Source: Opitutia bacterium
GTDB taxonomy: Bacteria; Verrucomicrobiota; Verrucomicrobiia; Opitutales; Opitutaceae
Assembly: GCA_947467625.1 (NCBI GenBank)
Contig: CANIJN010000002.1
Coordinates: 714 to 64,713, forward strand
Length of the DNA stretch: 64,000 bases
Reading direction: 5' to 3'
Below, one piece after another: positions 17,011 to 26,859 of the stretch. The position numbers and the translations under genes are program-made. Position 1 is the stretch's first letter, and each line of letters opens with the position of its first letter. The notes under the pieces were generated by a model, which made no database searches, was not told where the DNA came from, and saw only the letters and a program-made list of their open reading frames with translations.

Positions 17011-19077
17011 ATGATTTTGAACAAAACGCTTGGTTCAAGCCTTGGCTATCGCGCGAGGCTGCTGCGCGCAGACGTGCTGATCCCCGCGTTATTGCTGATT
17101 TTGCCGGGGCTCGCCTACACGAATAGTTTTTCGGGCCCCTTTGTTTTTGATGATGTCCCGGCGATCATGGGGAATCCCAGCATCCGGGATTTATCGCGGC
17201 TCTTGGACGTGCTGAGTCCCCCGAACGATTCGGGCCTCACGGTGAATGGTCGGCCGTTGGTGAACCTGAGTCTGGCGATCAATTACGCACTCGGGGGCCA
17301 GGGAGTTTGGGGGTATCACCTGCAGAATCTATTGATTCATTGGGCGGCCACGTTGGCCCTCTACGGGACGGCTCGGCGTCTCTTGGCCGCGGCCCGCGGT
17401 GAGCAGACGCCGTCAGTGCGAGCGAATCTGGGCGGAGGGGCCGTGGCGGTCCTGTGGTCACTGCATCCGCTGCAAACGCAAGCGGTGACCTATGTGGTAC
17501 AACGGGCGGAATCTTTGGTGGGGCTTTTTTTTCTGCTGACGCTGTATGGTTTTTGTCGGGCGCAGGCCAGCTCCCGGCCCCGGGTTTGGCTGATCGCGTC
17601 GGTCGTGGCGTGCTTGCTGGGAGTCGTGAGCAAAGAAGTCATCGCCGCGGCGCCGCTGCTCGTGCTGCTGGGTGACCGAGCGTTTTTCAGTGGGACTTTT
17701 CGTGACGCGTGGCGGCGTAACCGAACCTACTACTGCTCGCTTTTTGCTACGTGGTTACCGCTGGCGGGATTGATTTTGGGCGCACAAGGACGCGGCGGAA
17801 CGGTGGGCTTCAACATTGAAGGCGTAACGTGGTGGAGCTACCTCCTGACTCAGGCGGATGCGATTACCCGCTACCTAGGTCTGGCTCTCTGGCCGTCGAA
17901 ACTGGTCTTTGATTATGGCGTTGGCTTGGCGGGCAGCCTTGCAGAGGTGTGGTGGCAAGGTGGGGTCATTGTACTCTTATTGGTCGCGAGCGTGGTTGCG
18001 CTGGTGCGCTGGCCGCGATTGGGCTTTTTGGGCGCGTGGTTTTTCCTGATTCTAGCCCCGAGCTCTAGTTTTGTGCCGATTGCGACCGAAACGATGGCGG
18101 AGCACCGGATGTATCTGCCGTTGGCCGCAGTGCTGGGTGTGGTCGTCGCCTGCGGCCTGCGGATGCCGGGGCGGTGGAGTGTGGCGTTGCTGGGTCTGAC
18201 GGTAGCGGCTTTGGGGTCACTGACGTGGCGTCGGAATCAGGATTACCAGACGGCCGAACGTCTCTGGCAGAGCAGCGTAAATCACTACCCCCAAAGCGCG
18301 CGGGCGCAGAATAATCTCGGCGAGATGTTTGCGAAGGATGGGCGTTTGAACGAGGCGTTGAAACGAATCCAGGAGGCGCTACGCATTCACCCCACCTACT
18401 TGGACGCCTTGTGCAATTTGAGCTCAGTGCTGAGCCAGATAAACCGAATCGACGAGGCGATGGTGGTGATGGAAGGATTGGTCGCAGGGCACCCCCGAAA
18501 CGCGAGCGTGCTGTCCACCTATGGCGGGGTGCTCTACCGGCTTGGGCGTAAGGCGGAGGCTGAGGTCCAGTTTAGGCGGACGCTCGCACTCGCTCCGCTT
18601 CATGTAGACGCGCACAACAACCTGGGCGTGTGTTTGCATGAAAAAAATCAATTCGAGGAGGCCGTTTCGCACTTTCTGGCGGTTCTCTCGGTTGATCCTC
18701 GGGATGGATCCGGGCTCTATAACCTGGCCAATGCGCTCGTTAAACTCGGTCGTCCGTCGGAAGCAGAGGAAAGACTCCGCCAGTGTCTGAACGCCGAACC
18801 TTGGCGATTTGAGGCGCACAATAATTTGGGGGCGCTCTATGCTCAACGCGGCCTGATTAACGATGCGATCGTACATTTTGGGAGAGCCGTCGAGCTCGCT
18901 CCGCAGTATGCCGATGGTTTGAACAATCTGGGCGTGATGTTGGCCGAAAAAGGGCAGACCGCTGAGGCGATCGCGCTCTTCGAGCGGGCGCTACGGGCGC
19001 GGCCTGATTATCCGGATGCGCAGGTAAACCTTCGCCGGAGCCGCGAGGCGCTGCTGCAAACGGGTCGGATACCGTGA
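17011..19077 (+). CDS. GT-C-type membrane domain fused to C-terminal TPR repeats (TMTC/PMT-like putative protein O-glycosyltransferase)
   Basis: 688 aa. The N-terminal ~400 aa is polytopic, with YTNSFSGPFVFDDVPAIMGNPSI in the first loop (a DD motif). The C-terminal ~280 aa carries about 7 TPR units (NNLGEMFAKDGRLNEALKRIQEALRIHP, HNNLGVCLHEKNQFEEAVSHFLAVLSVDP, and others). Confidence 0.75.
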   Translation: MILNKTLGSSLGYRARLLRADVLIPALLLILPGLAYTNSFSGPFVFDDVPAIMGNPSIRDLSRLLDVLSPPNDSGLTVNGRPLVNLSLAINYALGGQGVWGYHLQNLLIHWAATLALYGTARRLLAAARGEQTPSVRANLGGGAVAVLWSLHPLQTQAVTYVVQRAESLVGLFFLLTLYGFCRAQASSRPRVWLIASVVACLLGVVSKEVIAAAPLLVLLGDRAFFSGTFRDAWRRNRTYYCSLFATWLPLAGLILGAQGRGGTVGFNIEGVTWWSYLLTQADAITRYLGLALWPSKLVFDYGVGLAGSLAEVWWQGGVIVLLLVASVVALVRWPRLGFLGAWFFLILAPSSSFVPIATETMAEHRMYLPLAAVLGVVVACGLRMPGRWSVALLGLTVAALGSLTWRRNQDYQTAERLWQSSVNHYPQSARAQNNLGEMFAKDGRLNEALKRIQEALRIHPTYLDALCNLSSVLSQINRIDEAMVVMEGLVAGHPRNASVLSTYGGVLYRLGRKAEAEVQFRRTLALAPLHVDAHNNLGVCLHEKNQFEEAVSHFLAVLSVDPRDGSGLYNLANALVKLGRPSEAEERLRQCLNAEPWRFEAHNNLGALYAQRGLINDAIVHFGRAVELAPQYADGLNNLGVMLAEKGQTAEAIALFERALRARPDYPDAQVNLRRSREALLQTGRIP

Positions 19078-19126
19078 GCCACTGGGTTTCTTAGCCCCTT
19101 CGCTGCCGATATTAGATTCATTTTCT

Positions 19127-19215
19127 GGAGGTAGGAGCCTGCTTGCGGGGGATTGCGGACGTGGTGAGCCGGTGAAATGTAAAATCGCCCGCAAGCAGGC
19201 GGCTTCAAAAAACCG
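19127..19215 (-). repeat. REP/MITE-like palindromic element, copy C (89 bp), inverted relative to copy B
   Basis: The reverse complement reads cggttttttgaagccgcctgcttgcgggcgattttacatttcaccggctcaccacgtccgcaatcccccgcaagcaggctcctacctcc. It shares both termini (cggttttttg ... gcaagcaggctcctacctcc) and the gcgattttacatttc core with copy B. Confidence 0.75.
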
Positions 19216-19391
19216 ATATACCTGCGGCTCGGAAAGGCTTGTCGGCCGGACAGGAAGATTAAGAGAAAAAGGAAAGAGAAAGATTACTGGGCGCGCTCAG
19301 ACCGCTTAGACTTTGACGCCGTCACGCACGATGACGCGGGCAGCCCCCTTTTTTCTTGGTAATCCAGCGGCTTGCCGCTCTATCAAAGCGA

Positions 19392-20744
19392 ATGTCACAG
19401 GCGGCCGCACCCAATCCTTTGTCTCCCTCGTCGTCTGCCGTCCAGGCCGAGGCGACCATCTCAGCCGTCGGAATTGGGAAGATTTACCGGCGTGATGTTT
19501 CCCTCTGGCAGTGGCTCGCCCGTGGGCTGGGTGGAGGGGAGCGCGAGGAATCTTACGACGCAGCGAACAGTGTCGCTGCGGTCAGGGATGTCTCGTTTTC
19601 GGTGCAGAAGGGCGAGGCGTTTGGGATCATTGGTCGCAACGGGGCGGGGAAGAGCACGCTGTTGCAAATTCTGGCGGGCACCTTGCGCCCGAGCAAGGGC
19701 ACGTGCCACGTGCGGGGGCGCGTGACGGCGCTGCTGGAGCTCGGTTCGGGATTCAATCCGGAGTTTACCGGCCGGGAAAATGTCTATCTTGCGGGCTCGA
19801 TTCTCGGAATCACGCATACGGAGATGGATCGCAAGTTTCCTGAGATCGCGCGCTTTGCGGACATCGGAGAATTTATCGAGCAGCCGGCGAAAACCTATTC
19901 GACCGGGATGCTGATGCGCGTGGCCTTCGCGGTGGCGATTTCGGTCGAGCCGGATGTGCTGATCATCGACGAGGCCTTGAGCGTCGGAGACATCTTGTTT
20001 CAACAGAAATGCAGTCGGCGGATGAAGGAGTTGCTCGATCGCGGAATCACGCTGCTCGTCGTGACGCATGATACGTCCTTTGTGTTGAGCATGTGTCAGC
20101 GCGCGCTGTGGCTCGACCAAGGTCGGGTTCGGTATCTCGGCGACGCCGGCGCCTGTGTGCGGGAATACGTCGCGGCGATGGCGGCGATTTCGGGCAACGC
20201 AGCGGCCCCGACCGATGATTTTAAGGAGCTGTCGGTCGTGCCACTACCGGCGGCGCCCGGGCTGTCGCTGGAAGGAAAGGAACGGTTGGGCGACGGCGGC
20301 GTGGCTGTGGAGCGCGCCTGGCTGCTGCATGCGGATGGGAATGCCGGTTCCGCGTTTCGCGTGGGGGATTGGGCGGTGGCGGTGGTGATGATTCGGGCCA
20401 AGCGGCTCGCGCGGGACGTGAGCGCGGGCTGTGAACTGCGGAATCGCCACGGTCAGGTGATGTTCGCAACGGGCCTGCGGGTGGCTCGGCGCTTAATCGC
20501 GGAGATTCCGGCCGGGCAGATTTGCGTGGTGGCGATCCGCTTCCGCCTAGAATTGCAGCCGGGCCAATACACGATCGATCTGGGCTGCGGCGCGGCAGCC
20601 GACGCGGAGAATATCTGGGACCGAGTCCTGAACGTCGCGGTGCTGGAGGTGTCCCATTCCCCCGACCAAGAAGTCGTCCACGGCTTGGTGCGTTTGCCTC
20701 ATGAGATCAGCGTCTCCCGCGCGCCGGACGAGGCGGTCAGATAA
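19392..20744 (+). CDS. wzt: Polysaccharide/O-antigen ABC exporter ATP-binding protein (Wzt/TagH/KpsT-like) with a ~190-aa C-terminal extension
   Basis: Walker A GRNGAGKSTLLQILAG, signature YSTGMLMRVAFA, Walker B LIIDEALSVGD. The C-terminal domain (residues ~270-462 of the track ORF) is in the position of Wzt carbohydrate-binding domains. The track ORF begins at TTG 19356; the ATG at 19392 (MSQAAAP) is preferred, but the start is uncertain. Confidence 0.85.
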   Translation: MSQAAAPNPLSPSSSAVQAEATISAVGIGKIYRRDVSLWQWLARGLGGGEREESYDAANSVAAVRDVSFSVQKGEAFGIIGRNGAGKSTLLQILAGTLRPSKGTCHVRGRVTALLELGSGFNPEFTGRENVYLAGSILGITHTEMDRKFPEIARFADIGEFIEQPAKTYSTGMLMRVAFAVAISVEPDVLIIDEALSVGDILFQQKCSRRMKELLDRGITLLVVTHDTSFVLSMCQRALWLDQGRVRYLGDAGACVREYVAAMAAISGNAAAPTDDFKELSVVPLPAAPGLSLEGKERLGDGGVAVERAWLLHADGNAGSAFRVGDWAVAVVMIRAKRLARDVSAGCELRNRHGQVMFATGLRVARRLIAEIPAGQICVVAIRFRLELQPGQYTIDLGCGAAADAENIWDRVLNVAVLEVSHSPDQEVVHGLVRLPHEISVSRAPDEAVR

Positions 20745-21591
20745 CTTCGGCGAAGGAGCGCCGGAACACCGAGAAACAGAGGTGCCCCGCGAGCAGCACG
20801 GCCACCGCCGTCGCGTAGACGTAACCGAGTTTCACCCACGCCATCGGCTCGTGCCACAGGAGCACGTGGCGGGCGAGATCGATGAGCTGGAGCAAGGGAT
20901 TGTAGCGGAGAATTTCCCAGAGGATGGGCCACGGGCTGTCGATGATCTTGGCAGGCGAGTAGGGCACGGCGCTGGCGAACATCACGGCGCTGGAGACGAA
21001 GGCGGTGGCTTGCCCGATGTCGCGCAGAAACACGCCGATCGCCGTGAGCATCCAGGCGATGCCGAGCGCGAGCATCATTAGCGGAAACACCAGCACCGGC
21101 AGCCAGAGGACGTCCGCCGTCAGGCCGGTGGAACCAAATGCGCTGCCCAGCAGCACGAGAGTCAGGCTCACCACGAGATGGAAGGCGGTGTCCCCCAGCT
21201 TTGCGACCGGGAGAACCTCGAGTGGGAAGACCACCTTTTTGACGAAGTTCGGATTCGAGGCGATCAGCGACGGAGCCCAAGCGATGGTCTCGGAGAATAC
21301 GTGGTAGAGGCTCAGGCTGAGGAAGAGCGCCAAGGCGTAGTCGAGCTGGCTCTCGTTTTTCAGGACGCCGAATTTACTGCCGAAGATGGCCCCGAAAACA
21401 AACCAGTAGAGCGCCAACATCGACAGTGGATTGATCAGGGCCCAGATGATGCCGAGCTGGCTGCCCTTGTGGCGGATATGAATTTCCCGCAGGGTAAATT
21501 GCCAGACCAGTTCGCGATGCCGCCAGAGCGTGGCGCCGATGTGCCATGGACTCAGCATGGTCGCGAGAGATTTGATTACGGTGGCGGTCAC
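20737..21591 (-). CDS. wzm: ABC-2 type polysaccharide exporter permease (Wzm/KpsM/TagG-like)
   Basis: 284 aa. LWRHRELVWQFTLREIHIRHKGSQLGIIWALINPLSMLALYWFVFGAIFG is the typical ABC-2 N-terminal motif, and there are 6 hydrophobic helices. The 3' end overlaps the wzt 3' end by 8 nt (convergent). Confidence 0.85.
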   Translation of the reverse strand: MTATVIKSLATMLSPWHIGATLWRHRELVWQFTLREIHIRHKGSQLGIIWALINPLSMLALYWFVFGAIFGSKFGVLKNESQLDYALALFLSLSLYHVFSETIAWAPSLIASNPNFVKKVVFPLEVLPVAKLGDTAFHLVVSLTLVLLGSAFGSTGLTADVLWLPVLVFPLMMLALGIAWMLTAIGVFLRDIGQATAFVSSAVMFASAVPYSPAKIIDSPWPILWEILRYNPLLQLIDLARHVLLWHEPMAWVKLGYVYATAVAVLLAGHLCFSVFRRSFAEVI

Positions 21592-21716
21592 GCGCTGGTC
21601 TTAACGCCCCGATTGCTCGCTCTGTAAAGCGCAATCCCCGGCGCGAACTCGGGTGCGTGCGATTGGCCGGTTATTGTCTTGAGCGGGCAGGGTGGTTGGC
21701 CTTGCTGGCGATCACT

Positions 21717-22565
21717 ATGAGCGAGCAAGTGAAGAGCTATTCTAGCGTCATCGCGACCGGCGCGAACGCGTATCATTTTCCACACATCGCGATGCTCATC
21801 GCGTCGTGGAAAACGCACCACCCCACGGTCCTGCTCGTCGTGTGCGACTATGGTTTCACCGCGGAACAGATCGCGCTGTTGAAGGCCATCCCGGGTGTCC
21901 ACTACGCGGCGGGGCCGACGCCAAACTACGATCATCCGTGGGAAGGCAAGGCGCGGCTCGGAACGTATTTGGAAAGCGTTCACTCCTCGTGGGACGTGCT
22001 GGTGTGGATCGATGCTGACGCGCTGTTTCTCCGCCCGTATCCCGACCTCGGTGCACTGATTGCCGGCTATGACATGATCATCGACGCGCATATTCAGTCG
22101 GTGGGGGAGATCATGCACGAGTGCAACCGCGAGGTGTTGGCGGTGCGGCGCGACGACGCGTATTTCAGCGCGGGCTGCTGGATCGCGCGCCGTGGTGTGT
22201 TGTTGGAAAATTACGCGAAGCTGTGTGCGCAGGTGAAGGGCCGGGGTAATCTCTGGGAGGGTGACGCGTTTGTCGCGGCGATTTATCACGAGAAACTCCG
22301 CCTGCGCACCGTGAACGGCGGCGTGTGGCACGCTCGGGGGAAGACCTCCCTACACACGTGCGAGGTGTCGGGCTTGAACGCGTATCACGCTGGTCAACCG
22401 ATTTACGTGCTGCATGCGAACGACGGTTACACCGTGCGGGCGGACGGCCGCCGGATTTTTAAGCGCCCGGAGCTGGCGGCAATTCAGGACCACTACGAGC
22501 GGATCTTCTGGGCGGAGATTGCGCCGCCGCCGGCCGAGCAACCGGCCGGTGCGGCGACTCCTTGA
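21717..22565 (+). CDS. Putative nucleotide-diphospho-sugar transferase (GT8-like)
   Basis: Track ORF is 21657..22565; the ATG at 21717 (MSEQVKSY) is preferred. VLVWIDADALFLRP is a DxD-type motif, and YFSAGCWIA resembles the GT8 motif YFNSGV. The call is moderate at best. Confidence 0.5.
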   Translation: MSEQVKSYSSVIATGANAYHFPHIAMLIASWKTHHPTVLLVVCDYGFTAEQIALLKAIPGVHYAAGPTPNYDHPWEGKARLGTYLESVHSSWDVLVWIDADALFLRPYPDLGALIAGYDMIIDAHIQSVGEIMHECNREVLAVRRDDAYFSAGCWIARRGVLLENYAKLCAQVKGRGNLWEGDAFVAAIYHEKLRLRTVNGGVWHARGKTSLHTCEVSGLNAYHAGQPIYVLHANDGYTVRADGRRIFKRPELAAIQDHYERIFWAEIAPPPAEQPAGAATP

Positions 22566-22614
22566 AGGATTTCGCTGAGCGATTTCAGCGTTGCTGCCGC
22601 CCGCGAATACTTAA

Positions 22615-23946
<1,332 letters not shown>

Positions 23947-24175
23947 GTGAACGCGGCGGCGCCTGTTGCGTGGCCCTGCTCGTGAGAGCAGGGATTGGGC
24001 GCAGGGATTCGGCGCTGGCTCGCTTTTTTCAACTGCATAGCGCTGGCGTCCCGCCTCTCGCGCGTTGTCCCGCCTCTCACGAGGCGGGCTACGTTTGGAG
24101 CGCGCGCGAAAATCTCTGGCGGTCGTTGCGCGAGTGGCGGTCGCGGCCGGGAGAGGGCGGGTCGGAGACTCTGCC

Positions 24176-25291
24176 CTACGCGCGGAAAAAATCTTTGATC
24201 GTCGCGCAGACAAAATCGATCTGGGCCGCGGTGTGGTGCGGACCAATCGGGAGGCTGAGGACTTCGTCGGCGAACCGTTCGGCGAGAGGAAAATCGCCGC
24301 GCTTCCAGCCGGCGTCGCGGTAGGCGTGTGAGAGGTGGGGCGGGATCGGGTAGTGGATGCCGGTGCCGATGCCCTGGGCTCCGAGGTGGGCTTGGAGCGC
24401 GTCGCGGCGGGCGGTGCGGATCACAAAGAGGTGCCACACGGGTTCGGCCCACGCGGGGACGAAGGGTAGGGTGATCACGCCCGCTGCGGCCAAGGGTGCG
24501 AGTTGATCGAGATAACGAGCGGCGAGGGGAGTGCGGCGGGCATTCCACGCGGCGAGATGCGGGAGTTTTGCGCGGAGGAACGCGGCTTGGAGTTCGCTGA
24601 GGCGCGAGTTGAGGCCGAGGTAGTCGTTGTGATAACGCACCTTTGAGCCGTAGTTGCGGAGGTGGCGGAGTTGGTCGGCGAGCGTGGCATCGTTGGTCGT
24701 GATCGCGCCGGCGTCGGCGAGGGCACCGAGATTTTTGCTTGGATAAAAGCTGACGCCGGCGGCGTGGCCGAGGGCACCGGCTTGGGTGCCGTGGCTGCGG
24801 GCGCCGTGGGACTGCGCGGCGTCTTCGAGGACGAAGAGTCCGTGGCGTGCGGCGATGGCGTTGATCGCTTCCATGTCTGCGGTTTGTCCGTAGAGGTGGA
24901 TCGGGAGAATGGCCCTCGTGCGCGGCGTGATCAGCGCGGTGAGGCGCGCGGGGTCGAGGTTGTAGGTCAGCGGATCGGGCTCGCAGGGAATGGGGCGGGC
25001 GCCGACGTGGGTGACGGCGAGCCACGTGGCGATGTAGCCGTGCGAGGGGACGATCACTTCATCCCCGGGGCCGACGCCACGGGCCATGAGCACGAGCTGC
25101 ATGGCTTCGAGGCCGTTGGCGACGCCGATGCAGTGAGCGACGCCGACGCTGGCGGCGTATTCGGCTTCAAATGACTCGAGTTCTTTGCCGAGGAGGAGCC
25201 AGCCCGAGTCCATGACGCGGCGGTAGGCGGCATCGAGCTCGGTGCGGAGTTCGTCGTAGGCGGGCTTGAGATCGAGGATGGGGATTTTCAT
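24176..25291 (-). CDS. DegT/DnrJ/EryC1/StrS-family sugar aminotransferase (ArnB/WecE-like)
   Basis: MKIPILDLKPAYDELRTELDAAYRRVMDSGWLLLGKELESFEAEYA ... SFYPSKNLGALADAGAITTND (PLP-Lys motif). Confidence 0.9.
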   Translation of the reverse strand: MKIPILDLKPAYDELRTELDAAYRRVMDSGWLLLGKELESFEAEYAASVGVAHCIGVANGLEAMQLVLMARGVGPGDEVIVPSHGYIATWLAVTHVGARPIPCEPDPLTYNLDPARLTALITPRTRAILPIHLYGQTADMEAINAIAARHGLFVLEDAAQSHGARSHGTQAGALGHAAGVSFYPSKNLGALADAGAITTNDATLADQLRHLRNYGSKVRYHNDYLGLNSRLSELQAAFLRAKLPHLAAWNARRTPLAARYLDQLAPLAAAGVITLPFVPAWAEPVWHLFVIRTARRDALQAHLGAQGIGTGIHYPIPPHLSHAYRDAGWKRGDFPLAERFADEVLSLPIGPHHTAAQIDFVCATIKDFFRA

Positions 25292-25304
25292 GACGTGGCC
25301 AGGC

Positions 25305-26795
25305 TCAGACGAATTTCAGTTTTCGCGCGGCGAACAGCACCATGCGCAGGAGGAGCCAGCCGTGTTTCCAGCGCTGGATGTTGGTCGTGCCGTAGGTGCG
25401 TTCACGATAGCGGATGGGGACATCGGCGATCTTGAGGTTGAGTTTCGCGGCACCGAAGAGGAGGTCGAAGTCACCGAAGGGATCGAAGTCGCCGAAGTAG
25501 GCGCGGTTGGCGGCGATGGCTTCGTAGTGCGCGCGGCTCAGGACTTTGGTTCCGCAGAGGGTGTCTTTCACGGGTTGACCGAGGAGCCAGGTGAAGATTA
25601 GGCCAAAGGCTTTGTTGGCGCAGAGATTGAGGAACTGCATCGCCTTTTCGTCCATCGGGTAGACGAGGCGCACGCCGTTGGCGAATTCGGCGCGGCCGCT
25701 CGCGAGCACGTCGTAGAATTTGGGCAAGTCCTCGGGTGGCATCGTGAGATCGGCGTCGAGGATCATCAGGATATCACCCGTCGCGACGGCGAAACCGGCG
25801 CGCACGGCGTCGCCCTTGCCCTTGCCGGTCTGTCGGAGGATTTTGATCTTACGCTGTGGATTTGCGGCGGCGACTTTTTGGATTTGCGCCCACGTATCGT
25901 CGCGTGAGTGGCCTTCGACAAAGATGAGTTCGGTGCCGGCCCCCATGTCGGCGGTGCGGGTGACAGCGGCGGCAATGTTGCCGGCTTCATTGCGGGCGGG
26001 TATGACGACGGAGACGGTCAGCGCGCGGGCGGGGGGCGTGCGTGCGGGACGGGCGACGATGAAGATGGTCAGGGTTAACCACTGGAGCAGCGGGGCGAGC
26101 CAGCGGTTGACGAGTGGGCCGAGGCCGAGGGCAGAGAACGGCACGAGGATGCGGCCTTGGCGCGAGACGGCGCTCCAACCGGCGAGGTTGAGGAGATTGA
26201 AAATGTCGGATGAGGCGAGCCAACTGTTCTGCGGTTGGTCGGCTTTTAGACCGAGGCCCTGGGCGAGGGAGAGGAGCGGTCGCCAGAGGGAATTCTGGAA
26301 ATTGATCAGTAGGCGCGTGCCGGGGTGCGAGACGAGCTGGAGACGCTCGAGGAGGTGTTGGACGTCGGCAGCGAGGTTGAGCGTGTCCGAAATGATAATG
26401 ATATCGAAGCGGCGGTCGCCGAGGTCGATGCGTTCACCGGCCTGCACAAAAAACTCGGCGTGCGGAACCAGGCGGCGTGCGGCGGCGATCTGGGTGGCGG
26501 AGAGGTCGATGCCGGTTTTGCGAGTGGCGCGCAATTGGGCTAAGAGTTCGCCTGAACCGCAGCCGATCTCGAGCACGTGGGCGTTGGCTGGAATCAGGAG
26601 GTTGTAGTAGTGGGCCAGCAGCGACCGATAGGCCCGCGCGCCAGACTGCGGCACCGTGGGCGCGGCGTCATAAAACGTACGGACGCGGTCGAGGTGCCCA
26701 CGGGCGAGGGCGGAAAGTTCGGTGTGCATTTGGGCGGGTCGGCGCGGGCGGTCGGGAACGGTCTGACGTTGGCGGGGTCTCGGCGTCGGGCTCAA
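25305..26795 (-). CDS. Fusion protein: class I SAM-dependent methyltransferase, hydrophobic linker, GT2 glycosyltransferase
   Basis: 496 aa. VLEIGCGSGELLAQL is SAM motif I. The hydrophobic segment is LVNRWLAPLLQWLTLTIFIVARP. GT2 motifs are VSVVIPARNEAGNI ... ILMILDADLTMPPEDL ... C-terminal WKHGWLLLRMVLFAARKL. An alternative start is the ATG at 26729 (MHTELSAL). Confidence 0.8.
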   Translation of the reverse strand: MSPTPRPRQRQTVPDRPRRPAQMHTELSALARGHLDRVRTFYDAAPTVPQSGARAYRSLLAHYYNLLIPANAHVLEIGCGSGELLAQLRATRKTGIDLSATQIAAARRLVPHAEFFVQAGERIDLGDRRFDIIIISDTLNLAADVQHLLERLQLVSHPGTRLLINFQNSLWRPLLSLAQGLGLKADQPQNSWLASSDIFNLLNLAGWSAVSRQGRILVPFSALGLGPLVNRWLAPLLQWLTLTIFIVARPARTPPARALTVSVVIPARNEAGNIAAAVTRTADMGAGTELIFVEGHSRDDTWAQIQKVAAANPQRKIKILRQTGKGKGDAVRAGFAVATGDILMILDADLTMPPEDLPKFYDVLASGRAEFANGVRLVYPMDEKAMQFLNLCANKAFGLIFTWLLGQPVKDTLCGTKVLSRAHYEAIAANRAYFGDFDPFGDFDLLFGAAKLNLKIADVPIRYRERTYGTTNIQRWKHGWLLLRMVLFAARKLKFV

Positions 26796-26859
26796 GACTT
26801 ATGGGTTGCAATCGCCTTTAAATTCCCGCGGTCTGCCCCTTCAATTTTAGTCTGATTTC

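Noticed and set aside
21588-22331. 247-aa minus-strand ORF opposite the GT8-like gene.
   Set aside because: It is Arg/His-rich with no motifs and is fully antisense to a frame that has DxD-type motifs.
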